Source of the DNA: a virus
IMG/VR virus record: IMGVR_UViG_3300028840_004217
Location: 28,050-92,049 of that record
Reading direction: 5' to 3' (one strand)
Length of the DNA: 64,000 nt
Positions within the stretch are counted from its first letter, which is position 1. Each line of letters begins with the position of its first letter. Below, piece by piece: positions 57,739 through 64,000 of the stretch. The notes beneath the pieces were generated by a model. The model was given only the letters and a program-made list of their open reading frames with translations. It was not told the origin of the DNA and ran no database searches. The position numbers and the translations under genes are program-made.

Positions 57739-58704
57739 ATGTTTTTCAATGATCCTCAAGACCAGATGGCGATACGCCGTTCCCTGGATGTCCAGCGCGC
57801 CCTTGCTTCGAGTGGTGCGGGGGCCGTTCTGGTGCAGCCCGTGGTCGATCAGGTCATCGCCAATCTGGTGACGTATGACAACCCGCTCCGCGCCAACCTC
57901 CCAAGACGGCCTGGTTCTGGCCAGGCGTGGTTGCTCAATCGCCGGAGCGCACCGGGCACGACACCGGCCTCCTGGGTTGCCGACACGGACACCCTCGTGG
58001 AGGACAACGGGACCTACGCCCGTTCGACGTTCACCTACCGCACGCTGGCTGCACGCGGGAAGGTGACACGACTCCTGCAAGCCACCGGACGGACCTACAT
58101 GGACATCCTGGCCGAGGAGATGGAGTACCGCGCCGAAGATTTGGGCAACACGGAAGACCAGGCGTGGCTCATCGGCAACAACACGGACGACAGCAACCAG
58201 CCCGACGGCTTGTGTGTTTTGATCGCCGCCGCGACGTGCGTGCTCACCACGACAGCCACAGCAGGTGAAGCGCCGACGCTGGAGGAGATCGACGAGACCA
58301 TCGACGCGTGCCGGTACAACCCGAACATGATCATCTGTTCGAAGCGTACCCGCCGTCAGATGCAGACCATCCTGCGTGCCAACCAGATCATCGTCGAGGA
58401 AGTGGAAGTGAACGGCGGGTTCCGGTTGATGTCCTACAACGGCATACCGATCTTCGTGTCCAGCAACATGACGGACACCAAGACGTTCGACGGCTCGGTT
58501 ATCAGCGCGGAGACGGGCGGCTCGATTTCGGAGCTGTACGTGGTGGACACGGCGCGCACCTGGATCGGCGAGTTGACACCGCTGACGATGGCACCGCTGG
58601 CCCGCACATCTTCTCAGTTCGACCAGTTCGATCTGTACGAGGACGTGGTGATGGTGGTCCGCGATGCTGCCGCGAACGCGAAACTCATCGGCCTCGCTCC
58701 GTAA
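57739..58704 (+). CDS. Major capsid protein
   Basis: 321 aa after the protease; PDGL, YNGIPI, YVVD, PLART motifs typical of HK97-fold capsids. Confidence 0.85.
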   Translation: MFFNDPQDQMAIRRSLDVQRALASSGAGAVLVQPVVDQVIANLVTYDNPLRANLPRRPGSGQAWLLNRRSAPGTTPASWVADTDTLVEDNGTYARSTFTYRTLAARGKVTRLLQATGRTYMDILAEEMEYRAEDLGNTEDQAWLIGNNTDDSNQPDGLCVLIAAATCVLTTTATAGEAPTLEEIDETIDACRYNPNMIICSKRTRRQMQTILRANQIIVEEVEVNGGFRLMSYNGIPIFVSSNMTDTKTFDGSVISAETGGSISELYVVDTARTWIGELTPLTMAPLARTSSQFDQFDLYEDVVMVVRDAAANAKLIGLAP

Positions 58705-58778
58705 CCAAGACGGTCACGCCGTCCTGACTGATGGGACGGGCGGCGTCCCGTCACCTACTTGACGAAAGGAGCGATGTA

Positions 58779-59848
58779 ATGCCAAAGGTAACACTCAGAA
58801 ATCTGACGCAGATGCAGCAGAACCACATCTCGGGCATCAACAGCGCGTTGCAGGAGATCGACTTCGGTAAGGCCGTCGCCGACATGGCCACGGGTACCGA
58901 TTCGCTCGATCCCACTGTGGAACGTATACGCGCCCTGTACGGGAACGTGGGTCTGTCGCTGACCGTCGGTAACAGCACGCTGGCCGTGGTCAACGCGGGT
59001 GCGACCATGTTCCTCAACGTCGGCGGCACGAACGCCTTCGGCTCTGACGGCGTGAACACGTTCATCGTGGTCGGTGGACAGACGTATGTGTTCAACCTGA
59101 CCGCCACGGGTTCCACGATCGGCGTCAATTAAAGATCGCCCGCATCGTGCAGCATAGAAGGATGATCGCACATGAACACTCCCAAATTTCTCGACAAGCT
59201 CAAACAAACCGTGACGGGCGCAACCGACGAGGATGTTGACGTCCTCGCCGCCGACCCGACCATCGGGGCGGACACCCCGGCGGCGGAGCCGGAGGAGGAG
59301 GTGGCGCGTGAAGACGGCGTGACCCTGCTCCGCGTGCCCGAACATAATCGACAGGCGTACATCACGGCGCGGCGCGTGCCCACCTACGGAGAGATCGTTC
59401 AGATCGACGCCGAAGGTGTGGCCCGTTGCCACACCGTGCCTGCCGTCACGGCCCTGTTGCACCGGGGATTCAAACGTATACACGCGGAGGACGCGTAATG
59501 CCTGGAGCCGTAGACATAACCTTTCCACGCGATGCAAATGGGGAGCCTATCCCCATCCTGCCGCATGACTTTAATTCGGTTCAGAACGGCCTCGGGCAGC
59601 TCGCGGGCGAATGTCTGTCGGTGGCCGCGGACGGCGTATATCGCATCGTGGCCGACACGGACCTGATGTACAGCTACGGAGACACCACGGTGGCCGCGCT
59701 CACCATCGACAATGCGCCTGGCGCCAAGACCATCAGACTGCCGGCCAACCAGATCGAATACATCTGGATGAAGACGGGGCAGACCACCATCGCCTATGCG
59801 TCGCCGTGGGCCGACGGCGGGTGCGTGTCCCTGATCCGGATGCGATAA
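58779..59848 (+). CDS. Three head-associated hypothetical genes (58779-59132, 59172-59498, 59498-59848)
   Basis: ORFs with SD sequences between the capsid and connector genes. Confidence 0.6.
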
Positions 59849-59866
59849 AGGCCACAGGAGGAACCG

Positions 59867-60466
59867 ATGTCCGTCGTGGCCATCACCGTGCTGCAAGAAT
59901 ACCTGCGCATCGACCTGACCGACACCAGCCAGAACAGCCTGCTCGGACAGCTGCAAGTGGACGCCGTGGGTATGATCGAAGGATTCCTCGGCCGTCAGCT
60001 GGAGCAGACGACGACCCACGAGCAGTTCGACATCGACGACGAGCAGGACACGATCTGGCTCAAGAACTTTCCCATACAGTCTATCGCCGCCCTCACGAAC
60101 GACGGCTCCCTGGTCGCCAACGCCGACTACAAGGTGTACTCGGACGAAGGCATGATCAAGCTGGCCGACCGCATCAGCCTCCTGACGCGGCGCGGAGAGC
60201 TGACGCCGTTTTTCGATGAAGGCAAGAAAAGCGTGGAGATCACCTATGTGGGCGGGTTCACCACCGTACCCGCAGACATACAGAGCGTGATCAAGCGTAC
60301 CGTGGCCCGCATGTTCAACACGGGCGACAAGCAGGGGTTCAAGTCCGAGGACATCGGCGAGTACGAATATACGCTGGCCGACGGCGGGAAGGACCACGGG
60401 TTCTCTCAGAACGACCTGGCCGTACTCCAGAAGTACAAGCCCGTCCTGTTTTTGGAAGGCTATTGA
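59867..60466 (+). CDS. Head-tail connector (gp6-like)
   Basis: LQEYLRI, IEGFLGR, PIQSI, ITYVGGF..VPADI, SEDIGEYEY. Confidence 0.85.
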   Translation: MSVVAITVLQEYLRIDLTDTSQNSLLGQLQVDAVGMIEGFLGRQLEQTTTHEQFDIDDEQDTIWLKNFPIQSIAALTNDGSLVANADYKVYSDEGMIKLADRISLLTRRGELTPFFDEGKKSVEITYVGGFTTVPADIQSVIKRTVARMFNTGDKQGFKSEDIGEYEYTLADGGKDHGFSQNDLAVLQKYKPVLFLEGY

Positions 60467-60522
60467 CATCGCTTGCTGCTGCCGCAGCGACCCGCAGACG
60501 TGAGGCGTCTGCGCGAGTGAGG

Positions 60523-60556
60523 AACCCGGCGTATACTGGGGAACGCCGGGTTTTCT
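60523..60556. terminator. Terminator between convergent operons
   Basis: AACCCGGCGT-N10-ACGCCGGGTT followed by TTCT; second hairpin at 60493-60513. Confidence 0.65.
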
Positions 60557-60563
60557 CATGCCG

Positions 60564-61388
60564 TCAGACGCGGCGCAGGGGCATGATATACGCATCCCGC
60601 CCCTGGGCCACCCACCTGCTGATACCCACCGTCGGATCCTCCGGTAAGAAAATCTGTACCTTCCGTTCTACGCCCTTCAGACAGGACAGCACATAATCAG
60701 CCGAGAGAAACAGGGACAGGTCGGCGGTATGCCCGGCGGCGTACATCTCGATCCGGCCTGACATGAACACATCATGATGTTCCGCGTCGATGTGCATCAG
60801 GCTGATGTCACATTCACGGACACCCCGGTTGGCATTGGGAATGTGCATCAGCATCCCGTAGGTCGGGTATTTGGTGGCTGACGATTTATACAGGGCCACG
60901 ATAGCCGACGCCACCTGGCGCAGCCGCGCCGCCTCGATCTCCCAATACCGGTCAGCCTGCATGTTCGGTATGACCTTCTCCGTATCAGGAAATCGCTCAG
61001 TCATGTGTACCTTACGAATAGGGCCGGGTTCACCAGTACCGTAGTTCGGTGCTATCTGGAACTGCGCGGTAGGGCCGTGTACCGGATCGGTCATAAAGGC
61101 AAAAGCAACGCGATCACTCTTGGCTGTTTTCTGCTTGAGGATGGCACCGTCGATCACCCAGGCCATGTCCTCGCCTTCCTTAAGGGCGACACCGTTGACC
61201 TGACAGACACGGGCGGTATAGATGCTGATGACGTGGCCGTTGGTGACGCGGAATTCCAGGTCACCCGTTTGCTCTGTTACCTGGATATGACACATGCCGA
61301 GACGCGTTGCGTCCTTACTGATGGCCCACTGCAATGCCCTCTTGATGTCGTTGAATTCATCGCCGGCAAGCTGATAGGTGCGGTTCAT
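60564..61388 (-). CDS. DNA polymerase III beta-clamp-like protein
   Basis: AISKDATR, VTNGH, FPD.EKVIP, YV..CL and YIMPLR correspond to DnaN motifs; about two of three domains. Confidence 0.7.
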   Translation of the reverse strand: MNRTYQLAGDEFNDIKRALQWAISKDATRLGMCHIQVTEQTGDLEFRVTNGHVISIYTARVCQVNGVALKEGEDMAWVIDGAILKQKTAKSDRVAFAFMTDPVHGPTAQFQIAPNYGTGEPGPIRKVHMTERFPDTEKVIPNMQADRYWEIEAARLRQVASAIVALYKSSATKYPTYGMLMHIPNANRGVRECDISLMHIDAEHHDVFMSGRIEMYAAGHTADLSLFLSADYVLSCLKGVERKVQIFLPEDPTVGISRWVAQGRDAYIMPLRRV

Positions 61389-61493
61389 AGATTGATTCCT
61401 CCGATAACAGGGTTTAAATGAAGTCTAACGGACGCCGGGCCGTCAGGTATATACTCACACGTCTGACGGCCCGTTCTGCGCCTACGTGCCCGT

Positions 61494-63134
61494 CTATGAC
61501 GTCACAGATTTGAGATCGTCCTTCACGATCTCCTCATCGTAGTACACCCGCACGTTCTCCAGGTGCGGCCAGATGTCCTCGTATACCGCCAGGGGCACTT
61601 TCCACTCAGGGTCCAGGGTGACGCAGAAATAGTGCTGCTTCCGGTGTCTGTTCAGCCACGCCACGATATGCGCCGGTTTGGTGGACCGGTACAGGCGGGT
61701 CGTCCTGTTCCTGCCGGGCCTCGACTTGATGGCCTTGCCGTAGGACCGTATGTGAAACACCGGCCCCCGAAACCTGTTCGTAAAGTCGCCGTTGTTCTGG
61801 TAGGACACGATCAGGCCGGGAAATATCTTGAGGTGGTCGGTCAGGTTCATTCGTTCACCTCCGAGTTGACGCGTCTGCGGGCCTCCAGCACCTGGAGGCA
61901 GGACAGGCAGGTGACGTCGCCTTCATTGATGGTGTAGGCGCTCACCTCCGTCAGCCGCTCCCCGCAGAGCGTGTGCTTGTGGTTCTCGGTGTAGTGCATC
62001 ATGCGGTATCCTCCCGTGGTTTGAAGCGTTTGATGTGCATGCGCCCGTTGGGAAAAACAGCCCACAGTTCCGGCTGTCCGCGCCGGGCCATCCTGTCGAA
62101 TATGTAATGCACGATGGCCGTGTCCTTTGCCCGTCGCCGGGCCGACCCGAAGGCCGAGCCTTTGTCGCGCATGAATTCGATCACGCCGTCCGTGTCGTTG
62201 CCGATCTCGAAACGTGACGCCGGTGTGCTGATACGGTCCGTCATGTGTCCTCCCTGTGCTTATGACTGTCGCCGGGCCATCTCTCTGGCGGCTTGCTCGT
62301 CGCCCTGCGCGGCGTGGTGTTTCAGTTGAAAGAAAGTGGCGACGGCGTAATCGGTTATGGGCCGTGATGCCTCTGCCTCCAGCTTGCGGACGTATGCCTG
62401 CTCTGCGGCCTGCCGTTTAGCGGATAGCTGATTCGGGCGTGTCATCATGCGCTCCTCGTGTTCGTGTAAATCAACCTCTGGTTGCCTATGCCGACCACCT
62501 GACTGGTGGCCCCCGTCGTGTCGGGCGGGCCGGTTGCCCGGCCCCGCACACTCAGCTCAGTTCTTCAAGTATGATCATCTTGGCGACGTTGAGGCGTTGC
62601 CGGGCCAGCTCGCGCTGGTCGAGTACGATCAGCTCCTGAACGTCGGACAGCAACGAAACCAGCGTCATGCGCTGTGCGCCTTTCAACTCGTCGTCCGTCG
62701 GCTCGTCGCCACCCGTATAGCAACGGTCCTCGACATCGGCGTTGAACTGATTCAGGACGTCCTCTTTGGTCGTGCCGTAGCAGGCAAGCTGCATCGCGTG
62801 TTGTTCTTCCGGTGTCCGTGGCATCTTAATTCTCCTTGTGCTTGGGGGGATAGAGACCGAACTGCAACAACCGTCGGGCCTCCTGTACTGCTATGTCGAT
62901 GATCTGTGTGCGGACGTTGCGGCTCGGCCAGGGGCAGCAGTCGTCGTCGGTGTCGATACCTTTGAGCCGAAGGTGCAACTCGATGGCCGCGTCGATGATG
63001 CCGTTCTGATCGCGCAGTTGCTTGGGCGTCCCGCCCTCGGACGTCACCTTGAGGGCGAAGTCGATGAAGTCGGTGGCGATCTTGTAGGCTATGATCTGCT
63101 TGTCGAGGCTCTTGATTTGAACGGTGGCTTTCAT
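61494..63134 (-). CDS. Early island of small hypothetical genes (61494-61850, 61999-62244, 62260-62448, 62552-62824, 62826-63134)
   Basis: Consecutive ORFs with SD sequences downstream of the 63180-63208 promoter. Confidence 0.6.
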
Positions 63135-63179
63135 CGTAGGCTCCTGGTTGTCTGTCCGCTTTCCTCTCTGTCTATATAC

Positions 63180-63208
63180 AATATAATATATTTGTATCAC
63201 ATTGTCAA
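63180..63208 (-). promoter_or_regulatory. Early sigma70-type promoter
   Basis: TTGACA-17-TATATT; shares the downstream GTATATAGACAGAGAGGAAAGCG with the 23975 promoter. A divergent TTGACA-17-TATCTT lies at 63280-63308. Confidence 0.85.
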
Positions 63209-63348
63209 TAGGGCAACGGAAGAAAATTGAAAATAATTCAGAAAAAGTGATAAAAACCGGCGTGCCTCCAGGAACGCACTTGACATAATGATATATGAGT
63301 ATTATCTTGTTTGTATCGGCAATCACCATTCAACCACAAGGAGGTACC

Positions 63349-63855
63349 GTGAACCACACAGAGGAAACCAAGCAGAAACTGTCCGAGATGCGGAAGGGCA
63401 AACGCAACCCGTTCTACGGACGAAAGCACACCGAGGAAACGAAACGCCGCATGGCCGAGTGGAGTCGTAAGGACCATAAGACACGCCGATATATACCAAC
63501 CCCGGCAGACATCACGATTCCTACCGGTCCCGACCTCGGTTATGTAGCGGGCATCATCGACGGTGAAGGATCGATCAGATTCTTGAAGGGTCGTCCCAAC
63601 ATCACCGTATACAACACGGAGGAACAGTTGATGCGGTGGTTGGTATTCAACATCGGCGGTAACTATCGAGTGGGTGACAAGCGCGGTAGGCTTCCGGTTT
63701 GGGAGTGGAATATCGGGTCCGTTATGAATTGCTACACGCTGTGCGTCGCCCTTCTACCCCACCTGATTATCAAAAAGGAGAATGCGGAAGCAGTCATCAA
63801 ATACAAGGAGAATAAATATGGCAGATTACACGAAAATATCGTGGACGGATCATAG
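63349..63855 (+). mobile_element. Free-standing homing endonuclease (NUMOD3 plus LAGLIDADG)
   Basis: HTEETKQKLS...NPFYGRKHTEETK NUMOD3 repeats; YVAGIIDGEGSI; LLPHLIIKKE. Confidence 0.85.
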
Positions 63856-64000
63856 TTGGAATCCGTGGAGGGGATGCCGCAAAGTCAGTACCGGGTGCGC
63901 GCAGTGTTACATGTTCCGCGACCAGAAGCGGTACGGAAAGGACCCGACCATGATCGTCCGGAGCAAGGATGGTACGTTCTACCAGCCCCACAAGTACAAG
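63818..64000 (+). CDS. DUF5131 / phage Gp37-Gp68 family protein, 3'-truncated
   Basis: MADYTKISWTDHSWNPWRGCRKVSTGCAQCYM; SD AAGGAG. Not in the ORF track. Confidence 0.85.
   Translation, partial: MADYTKISWTDHSWNPWRGCRKVSTGCAQCYMFRDQKRYGKDPTMIVRSKDGTFYQPHKYK

Overview
The whole window is part of a GC-rich tailed dsDNA phage genome, probably siphovirus-like and cut mid-gene at both ends. I saw no integrase, tRNA, rRNA or canonical CRISPR array. Layout: (1) 1-18.5 kb, + strand: virion and lysis module, with a GT2/TPR glycosyltransferase, a Hint-like protein, tail terminator, tail tube, frameshifted tail chaperone, tape measure, tail-tip and lectin-like proteins, a receiver-domain protein and a 3TM holin. 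(2) 18.6-37.7 kb, - strand: early region of small genes driven by repeated TTGACA-17-TATATT promoters. (3) 37.9-43.8 kb: Cro-like gene, replication initiator and a tandem repeat. (4) 44-50.6 kb: DNA-modification cluster. (5) 50.6-60.5 kb: terminase, portal, protease and capsid genes. (6) 60.5-64 kb: second early island plus a homing endonuclease. Three candidate systems stand out. (a) A Cas7/RAMP-like gene interleaved with non-coding arrays of strict 5-nt periodicity (30.5-33.0 kb), resembling a VIPR-type RNA-guided system but with a different constant motif. (b) A C5-methyltransferase with a motif-X Asn->Arg change, next to CmoA, an Asn-synthase-like ligase, inositol-1-P synthase and a DegT aminotransferase, predicting an aminocyclitol-amidated 5-carboxymethylcytosine. 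(c) A promoter-driven small RNA whose unpaired core is complementary to an extended ribosome-binding motif (CACAAGGAG) found at 11 gene starts. All protein calls come from motif recognition by eye; no database searches were run.
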